From Selaginella moellendorffii (taxonomy: Eukaryota; Plantae; Lycopodiophyta): DNA of 64,000 bases. Position 1 is the stretch's first letter; each line of letters opens with the position of its first letter. Position numbers and translations under genes: made by a program. The DNA is taken from NCBI RefSeq assembly GCF_000143415.4, contig NW_003314267.1:1061309-1125308 (forward strand). The letters are read 5' to 3'. Positions 13,893 to 25,900 of the stretch are shown piece after piece. The notes under the pieces were generated by a model. That model saw only the letters and a list, made by a program, of their open reading frames with translations. It did no database searches and was not told the origin of the DNA.

Positions 13893-16800
13893 GAGCTGTC
13901 TGTTTGGACTCCCCAAATAAAAATCACTTTTCTTCTTTATCAAGCTCCACACCACCTTTCATCAAAGCCACCACCAATTCCCACAACTTCTGCATCCCAT
14001 GTCTCCTTTCTTTCACTGGACAATCAGGATTCAAGGCTCTAGCGCTACTGGACTCGGGCGCAACTTCCTACTTCATGGACATGGACTTTGCTGCCTGACA
14101 TCACGTTCCTCTTTCTCCTACTATATGGGATCTGAGGGTTAAAGGCATTGGTGGGCATTTTGTGCCTCCATCTTTTGGACTTAGGGAAACATTGCCCATT
14201 TGAGTACACATCGAGTCCACCATCACCAATATTGCCTTCAACATCATCAACAACAAGTCCTCCTCTGTGGTGCTTGGCTTTCTTTGGTTCCAATTGCACC
14301 AGCCTCAGATTTGTTGGAAGGAATTATAGCTCGTCTCTCCCACGTCACCATCTCCCATGTCTTCCCCTGCTGTTCATTGAGTCCGAATTAGGAAAAGCTC
14401 CCTAAACTCAAATTAGGGTTTTGTTCATGACTCTACGAAGTTTTCACCCTCTTTGCTCCCTATCCCTCAATCTTCTTTTCCCTCTCTTCCATTTTACACT
14501 AGACAGTATCCTTGTCCCATCATTCCATTCAGTCGTACGCCTTCTCCTATCTCCACAATCACTATGAAAGAATTCCTTCATAAAGAACTTGTTTTCCTTT
14601 ATGCTTTGCATGTTTCTCCTGTCAGTCTCCCTGAGAAGTATCATGATTTTAGGGATGTGTTTGACAAGAAAAAAGCTAGTATATTGCCTGTTCATTAGCC
14701 TTATGACTGTCCTATTGATTTATAGGAAAGAGCATCACCTCCGTGGGGGCCTATCTACGGGTTATTCCTATCCAAGCTTAAGGCCTTCATAGAGTACGTG
14801 GACAAGAACCTTGCATTGGGGTACATTTAGCATTCGCAGTCCCTGGCTGGAGCGCCTATCTTCTTTGTCAAGATAGCATTCGCAATCCTTGGCTGAAGCG
14901 TCTGTCTTCTTTGTCAAGAAAAAGGATGGGAGTTTATGGCTAGTCATCAACTACTAAGGTTTGAACAAGGTGATTGTTTGGAACCGTTATCCATTGCCCT
15001 TGATCTCGAACCTATTGGAATGCCTCGACGGTGCCCACTTCTTCACCAAGATCGACCTTCGTGGAGCATACAATCTGATTTGGATCCAGCCTGGCGATGA
15101 ATGGAAGACTACGTTCCTAACCCGCTATGGCCACATCAAGTACACTATCATGCCGTTTGGCTTATAAGGATGTTCCCTTCTCTTGGTCTGCTGCTGCCCA
15201 GTACGCCTTCAACACACTCAAGGCGGCCTTCAGTTTTGTTGCCATCTTGATCCATGCTAATCCCTCACAACCTTTCTTTATCGAGGTGGATGCCTCCGAC
15301 TTTGCCATTGGTGCTGTGCTGTCTCAACTTGGAGCGGATCAAGAATTTCATTTGGTTGCTTTCTATTCTCGAAAATTCTAGCCTACGGAGATCAATTACG
15401 AAATCCATGACAAGGAGCTCCTTGCCATCATGGATTCCTTTGGAGAGTGGCATCGTTTCTTGGAGGGGGTGAGCCATCAAACAACAGTCTGGATGGATCA
15501 CAAAAATCTCGAGTACTTTGCTACTTCCCGAGTTATGAGCCATCGTCAGGCAAGGTGGGCACAAGTGCTTGAGTCGGTTTGACTTCATTATCAAGTACAG
15601 ACTTGGAAAGCTTTAAGGCCTTTCTAATGCACTTTCAAGGTGATTCTATCTCAGTCTCAAGCCTGGTAATCCTGCCTTTGATCAATAGGATCAAGTTATC
15701 CTTGGTCCTGATTGGCTTTAAGTTATGGAAATTTCTCTAGCCCTTCAGGACTCCTCCTTGATGGATGTGATCAGAAATGATCTTCAATCCGACGACCTCA
15801 CCAGTGACTATTTCCCCCATCTTCAGGCTGGACACCCAGTGACTCCTGACTGCTAGCGATTTGATGAGTTCGAGTTCTTGGATGGCTTGTCATACCATGG
15901 GGAGCAACTTTACGTTTCTGAAAGTGATGCTCAAAGGTTGGTCCTGATGGCATGCCATGATAACCTGACTGCTGGTCACTTCGGCATTGCGAAAACCTAT
16001 GAGTTGGTTGTACGAGACTTTTGGTGGCCTCACATGGACAACTACATCAAAGCTTTTGTTACCTCCTGTGACACTTGCGCCCAGAATAAAGTACCTCGCC
16101 ACCTTCCTTCAGGTTTGCTTCGTTTCCTCTTGGTCCCTTCAGGTCCTTGGGAATCCATCTCCATGGATTTCTTGAGTGATCTTTCGAGTTCTGGAGGCTT
16201 CAACAGCATTTTAGTCATGGTGGATCGCTTCACAAAGATGGCACACTTCCTGCTGTGTACCAAAGAGTTTTCAGGCGAGGACATGGCAGAACTTGTATTC
16301 AGGAAAATTTTCCAACTTCATGGGATTCCTGCAGATGTGGTTTCGGATTGGGGACCTCAGTTCATCTGACATTTCTGGCAATGGTTCTTGCAACTACTTG
16401 GAGTGAAGGCCAACCTCTCTTCGGTGTATCATCCTCAAATTGATAGATAGTCCAAGCGAATGATTCAGACGTTGGAACAATTCCTGAAGTGTTTCATCAA
16501 CTATCATTAGGATGACTGGTGCAATATCCTTCCCCTTTCTGAGTTCTCCTATAATAACTCCATTCACTCCTCCCTTTGAGTTTCCCCCTTCTTTGCAAAA
16601 TTTGGCCGAAATCCCCGATTCAATCTCTCACTTCCTTCTCCATTTGAATCCTCTTGTTCAAATCCCCACTCTGAGGCATTTGTCTCCAACCTCAAAGAAA
16701 TACACAACTCCATCTCCTTCTACCTCCATCGTGCTCAGGAATCTCACAAAACAATTGCCAATGCCCATCATCAGGATTGTCCCCCTTACAATATTGAGGA

Positions 16801-17205
16801 TAAAGTCTGACTTCTAAGGCGAAATATCTCCACCACCAGGCTATGTCCAAAACTCAATTTCAAACACCTCAATCCTTTCCCTATCACTGCCATCATTAAT
16901 CTGTCACTTATCACCTTGCACTTCCCTCCTCATATCAAATTCACCTCATTTTTCACTCCTCTCTCCTTGAGCTTTATATTCCCAGTCCTATTCCAAATCG
17001 GGTCATTCCTCTGCCTCTACCAATGTAGTTCGAGGATGGGTTTGAGTACGAAGTTCACGACATCCTTGATTCCAAGATCTCACGGTCTAAACTCTACTAT
17101 CTGGTAGACTAGAAAGGTTATGGACCTAAGGAACGCACTTGGGAACTTGCAGACAACCTGATTCATTCTCTTGACTTTGTTTAGGACTTCCACCGCCACT
17201 ACCTT
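13872..17205 (+). pseudogene. pol remnant: protease, RT N-terminal part, RNase H, integrase, chromodomain
   Basis: LLDSGAT (protease), [12 protein letters not shown]...YTIMPFGL (RT), EVDASDFAIGAVLSQ (RNase H), HDNLTAGHFG...CDTC and ISMDF...VDRFTKMAHF...VVSDWG (integrase), EYEVHDILDSK...YYLVD*KGYGPKERTWE (chromodomain, from 17044). Confidence 0.95.
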
Positions 17206-17326
17206 TCTTGTCCCATTCCTCATTCTTTTCATTCTCCATCTCCCGTCCCCTCAACCTGATGGAAGACATTGTTGTTCCTACTAGCCTGAGCAGCAGTAGC
17301 AGCAGCAGCAGGAGAATCCTCGTATC

Positions 17327-17725
17327 CTGACAAATGCTCTAGCAGTTTTCCAACATATGACAAACGATGTCTTTCAGGAGTTTCTTGATCAGATGGTGAT
17401 TGTTTACTTTGACGACATCCTCATCTACTCAAAAACTCAAGAGGAGCATGATGAGCATGTGTTCAAAGTGCTGGTGAAGTGGCAACATAGCCTATACATG
17501 AAGCTTGAGAAATGTTCTTTCGATCAGGAATTTGTGGAGTTCCTTGGGTACATTGTCACTCCTGAGGGTATCACGATGGATCCTACCAAAGTCAAGACTA
17601 TTCTCGAATGGGAGCCTCCACAATCAATGTCGGACGTTCAGGTTTTCCTTGGCTTCACCAACTTCTACCGCAAATTCATTGATCACTACTTTGACATTGT
17701 CCTTCCTCTCACGCATCTTACTCGC
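17327..17725 (+). pseudogene. Displaced RT catalytic-core segment located after the chromodomain
   Basis: LTNALAVFQHMTNDVF...VIVYFDDILIYSK...LEKCSF...VEFLGY...FLGFTNFYRKFI...LTHLTR. This is the stretch missing at 15164/15165. Confidence 0.9.
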
Positions 17726-18118
17726 CTCATCCTCTTCTTCGTTCTCATTCATATCCTCATTCCACTCGTTCTTGAGGAGGGGATGCTGTTAGGAATCCCC
17801 CAATTCTTGCCACATTCCTGACTCTCGCCAGATTCCTAACCTGCAGACCACATTCCTGACTCTTGAGACACTTCCCTATTCCTAACTCTTTGATTTCCCA
17901 TATGATTCTTGATTCTCGAAGCACATTCCTAATGATGACATGGTGCCTCCTCAACCTTAGTTATATTTAGGGTGTCCTTGATCCAAGAGTGGTGGAGCTT
18001 CATCAACCTATAGTATATATAAGTTAGCCTTATTCCATTTCTCCACAATTTGAATTAACACCAATCTAAGGCTTCTTCTTCGTCTCCACTAGCTTTTCTC
18101 TTTGTCTTCTGCATTTTC

Positions 18119-18978
18119 CAATCCTGATCTTGTTGGGGGTCTTGACAGATTTGCTAGTGGATTTGGCAATGGATAAAAGAAAATTCTAAAATGAGAAGCG
18201 ACTTTTCCATGGCCAAGAGGCTTAAAGAACAAAGAGGAGGGCACTTAGCCTAGGGAGCTCTCTTTGTATCGCACTTTATCTCTATCCCCTTAAGCTAACT
18301 AGAAAAGGGGCAATTGCTTGATGAGAGAGCCTTTAGTGGCTATTTTATCCCCATTTATCCCCTAATGTTCCAAGGATCCACGGTGACAGTATATCTAAAT
18401 CTCATCCCATGATCACATATGCTACACTCACCCCCCTCTTCAAAAATGTCAATGTCCTCATTGACTATTGACTGACAACCCCTACTGAGCTAAAGGGAAC
18501 CAACACCTCCTTTTCCACACTGAATCTACCAATCCTTCCATTGTGTAGCAATCCTGATCTTGTTGGGGGTCTTGACAGATTTGCTAGTGGATTTGGCAAT
18601 GGATAAGAGAAAATTCTAAAATGAGAAGCGACTTTTCCATGGCCAAGAGGCTTAAAGAACAAAGAGGAGGGCACTTAGCCTAGGGAGCTTTCTTTGTATC
18701 GCATTTTATCTCCATCCCCTTAAGCTAACTAGAAAAGGGGCAATTGCTTGATGAGAGAGCCCTTAGTGGCTATTTTATCCCCATTTATCCCCTAATGTTC
18801 CAAGAATCCACGGTGACAGTATATCCAAATCTCATCCCATGATCATATATGCTACACTCACCCCCTCTTAAAAAATGTCAATGTCCTCATTGACTATTGA
18901 CTGACAACCCCTATTGAGCTAAGGGGAACCAGCACCTCCATTTCTGCACTGAATCTACCAATCCTTCTATTGTGTAGA
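18119..18978. repeat. 430-bp tandem duplication spanning the gypsy LTR end, flank and TRIM
   Basis: Near-identical units start caatcctgatcttgttggggg at 18119 and 18549. Confidence 0.92.
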
Positions 18979-19368
18979 TCAGCTATTCTATGTGAGGCAA
19001 CTAGTCATCCACCCATACCGCAGTCCCACGGTGGATACCTTTGTCCATAGATACTCCACACAAGAGGAAAGACATATGCATGGATGCCCAATACGTACGA
19101 TTTCAAATTTAAGGGTAGTAATATATCTTGCTCAAGGGTATATTATATTTTTAAGTAGCCACTAATTAATAAGAATCGAACCCATGCCATTTGCTCTAAT
19201 ACCAACTATAGCACACCCTATCTCTCTCCCCATAAGCCAACTGGAAAAAGGGCAATTGCTTGATGAGAGAGCCCTTAGTGGCTATTTTATCCCCATTTAT
19301 CTCTCAATGTTCCAAAGATCCATGGTGACAATATATCCAAATCTCATCCCATGATCACATACACTACA
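18265..19368 (-). mobile_element. TRIM (same family as 3087-3684) with three LTRs
   Basis: 162-bp LTRs at 18265-18426, 18695-18856 and 19207-19368. PBS reverse complement GCTCTAATACCA at 19193-19204. TSD CTCTT at 18260-18264 and 19369-19373. Confidence 0.92.
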
Positions 19369-22300
19369 CTCTTGAGAGCTTATAAGATCCACTAGGATAG
19401 ATTCTAGTGTGATTTCTAGTTCAATCTTTAGCTAGAGGATGGGATCATAGCATAGGTCATCTACTATCTCCTTGTTCTTGGCAGTTGCTAGCAATATGGC
19501 ATGCTTGTCACTAGATTTCATCTCTCTAATACTTGCTTATACTTTTGGGATTTATAGGAACTTCAATTTTAGTAGAATATTCTTAGGTATATTTTATGGT
19601 ATACACATATGATCTTGATTCAAAAGATTTTATAAAAACTAAATAAACTTTGTTTTTGGTTTAACTAACTAACAATGTTTATGGGTTTGTACATTTCTTT
19701 CCTCCTTAAAAGTTTCTTTCAGATGCCAATTTTAAAATTCAGAATACTTAGACTATGGGTATCTGTTTTTGGATTCAAATTTTATTATAATTTTAAAACT
19801 TAATTTAAGTGTCAATTTAGTTTTATATTCTCTTTTTAACACTTTCTTGAGGATTTTATCATGGTAAATTTGTTTTTTCTTGTTGACATGGCTTCTTCAA
19901 GTTCTAGGCTCTTTCAATCACTTCCTATTTAATAACATTGACAATTACATTTAGTTGGTGGACTGGTGGGCAAGATCCTTAAAATTTCATTATTTAGATA
20001 TGAGATTTTATCTATAGAATATACTAGTTAAAGAGAATATTCTTCTTAAATATTTGTGTATAAACCCTGTGAATTTTTGGAAGAAAAACACATAGGGTTC
20101 TCCCTTCTACTGTTTACTCCCCTAGCTTGTAAAGAATAGTATTAAGGCCAAGCCTCAAAAACATCATTCAAAGAAATAACCACCCTCAACAATATTATCT
20201 ACATTAGTTTTAGTTGAACTTTCGATATGGAGTTTTTCAAGCCAATTAAGGGTATACAAGTTTATATCAAAATCACACTAAGAAAAGAGTTCCTCTAACA
20301 AACCAGTCTACAGAAGCTTGAGGAAGGCATAAGTCAAATTTAGTGATGACAAAGAGGATATAAAACTAATGAAAAATGGGAAAATACAACAAAAAAGTGG
20401 CAAAAGGTCAAAAGTTGGAAAAAGTCCTTGCAAAGGTGAAAAAGATGAAAAGAGTTGTGCAAACATAGAGAATATAGAACCAAAAGAAACTAAAAGTTAG
20501 TTATTTTTTATATTTTATAGTGATTATAACTTTCCCTTACACTTTATTTATAGATACTCTATTGATATTAAACAAATTCCATCTCCAAAATGTTGAATAT
20601 ATTCAATCATCAGTAGTCATGTTTGAAACTCATATCATAATAACAACTAATATATTCAAAGGTTACAGCTACTTATGAAAAATTTCAAATAGTGAATTAA
20701 AAGTTTGAACTCCTAAGTGATGACATAAGAAGCAACTATTATGTTGCTAGTCAAATGGCAACAAAAATTAAAGAAATCCACATGATAATTTTAGCAAGCT
20801 TGGAAGGCTCAAGGAGAGAAAATGTTTAAAAGAAGAATATAAAATATGAATATATCTTGTATATGACATATATAGTCAAAGTTGGAAAGGTTAGATAACA
20901 ACTAAAGCCACTATTTTAATAAATTGAAGTTATTGAGAGGGAGTTCTAACACCTTAACGATCATTTGGAGCTCGTTAAAGACATCAAAACTATATTTTAT
21001 AATGGTTTTAAATTCACTAATTCTTCAATTTTAGACCATTTAAATTTATAAGGAGCTAAGCAATTTTTTTCACTCCAAGTTTAGAATTATGGATTTTGCT
21101 ACTAGAACTTTTAACAAGTGGAGTTACATGGTTGTTTTATACCATTTAGATGTGTTTATCATCTATTTTGCTTCATCATTTGTATATTATTCTTTTTATG
21201 CTTTTGAAAACCACTAACTTATTTAAATAGGCTTCATAAATAACAATATATATAACAAATCCATATACATAAGGAAAGTTAACAATCAAAGGTTTAAAAA
21301 AACTAGCACTTCACTCTAGAGATTAAAGGTTAGTCTTTCAAAATATATAGTGAAGTTCACTTGTGATGTATAGATGCCAAAATTAATAGAGCTTTGAACA
21401 AATGTATCGTCCTTGTCATTATTATTAGCATTTGACAAGTAAAAGTGATAATGCTTTATCACTTTGTCACTTCCTGAAACATATCAGCAAGTGATATAAA
21501 CCAAAATGCTTACTTACTCATTCTCCCAATATTTAAATTGCACTTTATTTTGCTCTATTAAGCTAGAATTTTCAAGAAAATTGAGAATAAAAACTATAGC
21601 TTCATTTGGAAAGTTAGCAAGACATATATCAAAAGCCATTACTTGCCACTTAGCTTGAGAGTTATGTGCCAAAAATTTCGTCTTTTTCTTAAAGCCACTC
21701 CATTTCCTTCAGTGACAATTCCTTTTTGATCTTACTAAATTGTTTTTAGGTGACCTTATAACTGCTCTCTATTTCAAGTTCCAAATAAAATACCACTATA
21801 TTGACACTATAAGTGTTGCACTAGTGGTAGATACAATTTGAATCCTACCACTCAATAAAACCTCTAACATCACAAATATATATCTTCCAAAACTCTGAAA
21901 GGTTGCTCAATGTTTTCACTTTCTATAAATCTTAAATGAGGTTTATATGATCAATACAACAATATACATTGTGTTCAGTTATTTGTTTCATGACGTACAG
22001 CTTTAATTTTTCAAAAACTTATAAGGAAATATTGATGTTTGGATGCATCACTTGAAAGTTATTGTGAAGGTGGAGCTACAAAAAAAAGAATTTGTAAATG
22101 AAATTCAAGCTGATTTCACTTTGCAAATTAATAATACAATAATGAAAGTGTAATGAATTGAATATTTTATCATTGATAATTATAGGTCCAATCAAATGGT
22201 GCAAAGTAAACTTCAACTAGTGAGATTCAAGTAAAATTCATCAATGAGTCATGAAAATTAAGTGAGTCTTAGTGAAAATAGAGTATGACTTTAGGAATCT

Positions 22301-22480
22301 AATGATGAAAAATAAGAGGATGTATATAAGAAATATTGAATCAAATTGAATAAGTAAATGATCATAATTGCAATTTACTTAAAGACATTTCCAACCAGTG
22401 TGTTGAATGCTCCTTACATACTCCACAAGACACTTTATATTGACAAATATCCTTCTTATTTAATGATATCCAAATGTTAC

Positions 22481-22627
22481 TGTAACACATGTGATTATGG
22501 GATGAGATTTATATGTACTGTCCTTGGAACCTTGGGGGATAAATGGGGATAAAATAGCCACTAAGAGCTCTCTCATAAAAAAAATTACCCTTTTTCAAGT
22601 TAGCTTAAAAAGAGAGAGGTAGGGTGT
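22481..22627 (+). mobile_element. Decayed TRIM solo LTR
   Basis: Reverse complement of the TRIM LTR (tgtaacacatgtgattatgggatgagattt...gggataaatggggataaaatagccactaag). Confidence 0.8.
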
Positions 22628-22957
22628 TGTAAACAAATAATTTTTTCATTCTATTTTAGTCATATAACTACACTTTTGACCACTTGGAGAAGTCTCATTC
22701 ACAACTTCCATAAGTCCTATTTCAGACTTGGGGACATACTAACTCTGTGAATGGCATTTATACCACTTAACCTTTACATTTGGTCTAAGTGCTTCATATG
22801 TTCAATCTCATGACAGACACCCCAAAGGTACTATTGACTTATTAGCCCATTAAACAAAAACCATATTTATTTACCTTTGTTTCATTGGTAGTCCAAGACC
22901 ATCCATGCTATAGTCTCGTTTCTCAAAGATTGGGCCATCCATCCATGGGTGGTCATC

Positions 22958-25900
22958 TGTAGCGCACGTGGATTTGACCCTTTATCCTATGGTGATTTAC
23001 CATAGGATAACACCACGAAGCGAAACCTAAACCCTCTTTGTGCCACGTGACAGATGCCACGTGTCACATGCCATGTGTCCATGCCACGTGTCCATAGGAA
23101 CCCGAGGTTCAAGGCCTTGGGCCACTGAACGAAGGAACGGTGCCAAACTCCCAAGCGTGGAGCTAAGGAGTGATGGAACCGGACCACGGAGCAACTCCCA
23201 AGCATAAAGCCCAAGGAGCGAAGGGACAGGGGCCTGGAGCGACTTGGAACAGTCCTGAAGCAACCAGCATCCCAATGCCAGGACTAGCACGTAAAACGGA
23301 GCCAAACGGAGTCTGGTGCTATTTTGGCATACCGGTGGCCTAACGTGAGAGTATGGGTACTCCACCAGCTAGCATGGAATGGAACTTGGGCTTAGACCCA
23401 AGCCGGACGCAGAACAAGGACAGGCACGCAAGTGGGAGCTAGACTATGCCTCAGGTTGGTCGGCCATGCCCGACCTACCCACTATCCCTACTATACATTT
23501 GGAACCCCCCACAGCCCCCCCCCCTTGAGGAACACACGCTTTGGGCTTTCACCCCAAGCCTCCCTTAGTATCAGGAGTTAATCTCTGGGACAAACTCGAA
23601 ACTTACTAAATATGGAATGTTCTTAGATTGCGAATTTGGACACGGAATGAACACCATTGTGTTCAGGCCGATCTCTACATTCCGTAGATGTGCCAAATGA
23701 GCAAATCTGGACACTTTCCATAAATAGCATTTGGGACCGAAATGAGACTAACACAAAGGGCATGATAGCGAGGGTGTTTGGCAGACATGGTAAGCTATCA
23801 TGTAGCGATATTGAGGGACCAATCTCAATACGCGAGGGTTCTTGTCAAGCCAGTGCAAGACAGAGCAAAAGAGAACTAAAAAGCCAGGCCAAGTATGCTT
23901 GGCTAGGAATTCCGTCCTTATGCTCATCCGGCCAAGTACAGATGCAAAGTCCAGTTTACTAACACTTGAACAAGAGGGGCTGATAAAGGGTCCAACAATA
24001 CCGACCTCCTGCCATCGTGGCAGTAAAGTAAGAGTGTCCATAAGGACTGGTCGACAGGTAACTTTCGATACCCGAAGTCACATGCGCGACACTCTCCCCC
24101 CCTAGGGAAGATCGACGTCCTCGTCGATGCATACTCGAGTCTAGAATACCGTCAAGGAAACAACTCCAGAAAAAGTTCACGGTACTCATACTATGTGAGA
24201 AATGCACCAACTTAAATGAGTTAGGAGGCAACCTCTTTGTCTAACGCGGATGCGCTACCAGCTCAGACACCTTCCGGCTATCGCCAACAAGGAAATGACC
24301 AACGGAGTCAGCCACCCTTGCTGCTCTGGGAGTCACCCAGCTTACAAAAGTGTGATATGCCCCTGCCCGCAGGAACATAGAGAGAGAAGCTAGAGGCCCC
24401 AACCCTCCTAAGCAAAGAAACCAAACCCGTCGGTAAGGTTTAGATAGACTACTGTAAACAGGCAGTTAGAGTTGTTTACACGGTCACGCCCTTTCAATGG
24501 AATAAGGAACATCGATAAAGAGGCGGGTTATGTGACCAGCGACAGTAGCTACCCCATGACTAGAGATTTCACCATGCACACGAAGTGCCGAAGCCAGTCT
24601 ACCTATACTGGCCTAAACTCAAAGAACAATAGATGGACAATATCAAAGTCATAGACAATGATATCTTAGAGTCGGAATTATCAGTGAATAAATCTTATAT
24701 TAGAACACACAAGTATTCCAAGTATGTTATCATCTGATAAACTAGTATTACAGGATAGGAACCACCAAGATCACTATCATTGGAAAACATAGGATTAACC
24801 ATCCAACAAAATTCAATAGCAAGTATATCATCAAGTAAACTCAATGATAAAACTTAACTACCAAAGATGGTAGACAGGATGCCAAACAACTTACTAAAGA
24901 TAACTCAAAGAACACAAAGTATCATTGACTAACAAGCACAATACTCGCGAATGTATCACTCGAAGGAAATAACATCCTAATCTATAAGAACTAACTCGGG
25001 CAATAATCAATAAAACAAAATGAATGTTGCAAAGCAAGCAAATATAGTGTTCATGCCAATCATCGCACTAGCCAATCCAGATAGATCCCAGCCAATAACA
25101 CCAAGGAACTCAAGTTGCCTAAGCAAGTGTCAGCAACATCCTACTGATGTCTCAATCCCAAGAGACCAAACCAGAGTAAACCACAAATAATATGTGGAAT
25201 TGCGAAAAGCCATAAGCCATCAAAGATAACAACCAACTATCATAAAAGATCGTCAATTAGCCCATCAATATAGTGATGTATAGTCATCGTTGAAGAAAGA
25301 ATCTACCATCCCGAAGAATAGCAAATAATTCCAAACGAACAATAATCAAGCAAAACTTGTGATAAGGACAATCAACTACCCTAGATGATAGTCAATCATC
25401 ACTAATGATTGCCAGATGCAAAGCCAACTTCAACATCGAAGCTAATGAGCCAAAATGTCTTCCCCAACAACTTCTAACAAATGGAACAATGAGCATAAAA
25501 CTCAAACAAACCAAAAGTTCGAAGAAGTCTATAGCCAAGTCTTTTCTAACAATGATCACAAGTCTCATAAAAGCTAACTTCAATGTGAAAGAAGAAATGG
25601 TGATGCAACTCACAATATCTTCCTCAACACATCCATAAGCCAAACTTTATAATGCCAAAGCTAATGAAGAGCGTATTTGCATCAATCCAAAAGCTAANNN
25701 NNNNNNNNNNNNNNNNNNNNNNNNNNNNNNNNNNNNNNNNNNNNNNNNNNNNNNNNNNNNNNNNNNNNNNNNNNNNNNNNNNNNNNNNNNNNNNNNNCTA
25801 TAACAAGACATAACTCACTTCATAACAAGCCCAAAAAGAATCATTAATGATCGCTATATCCCGAACTCAAATCCAGCAAGGACTCAACATTTTAATATCG

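Larger units (their letters stand above)
12563..18147 (+). mobile_element. Full-length pseudogenised Ty3/gypsy chromovirus (Tf1/sushi/Tcn1-like)
   Basis: 5' LTR 12563-12827 and 3' LTR 17787-18147, both TG...CA. Perfect TSD GATTT (12558-12562 and 18148-18152). PPT GAGGAGGGGATGC at 17774-17786. Remnants of gag, PR, RT, RH, IN and chromodomain. Confidence 0.97.

Noticed and set aside
22987-24231. ORFs of 75-112 aa repeated at 29128-30305
   Set aside because: They lie within the LTRs; the recurrence reflects LTR identity and the frames differ between the two LTRs.
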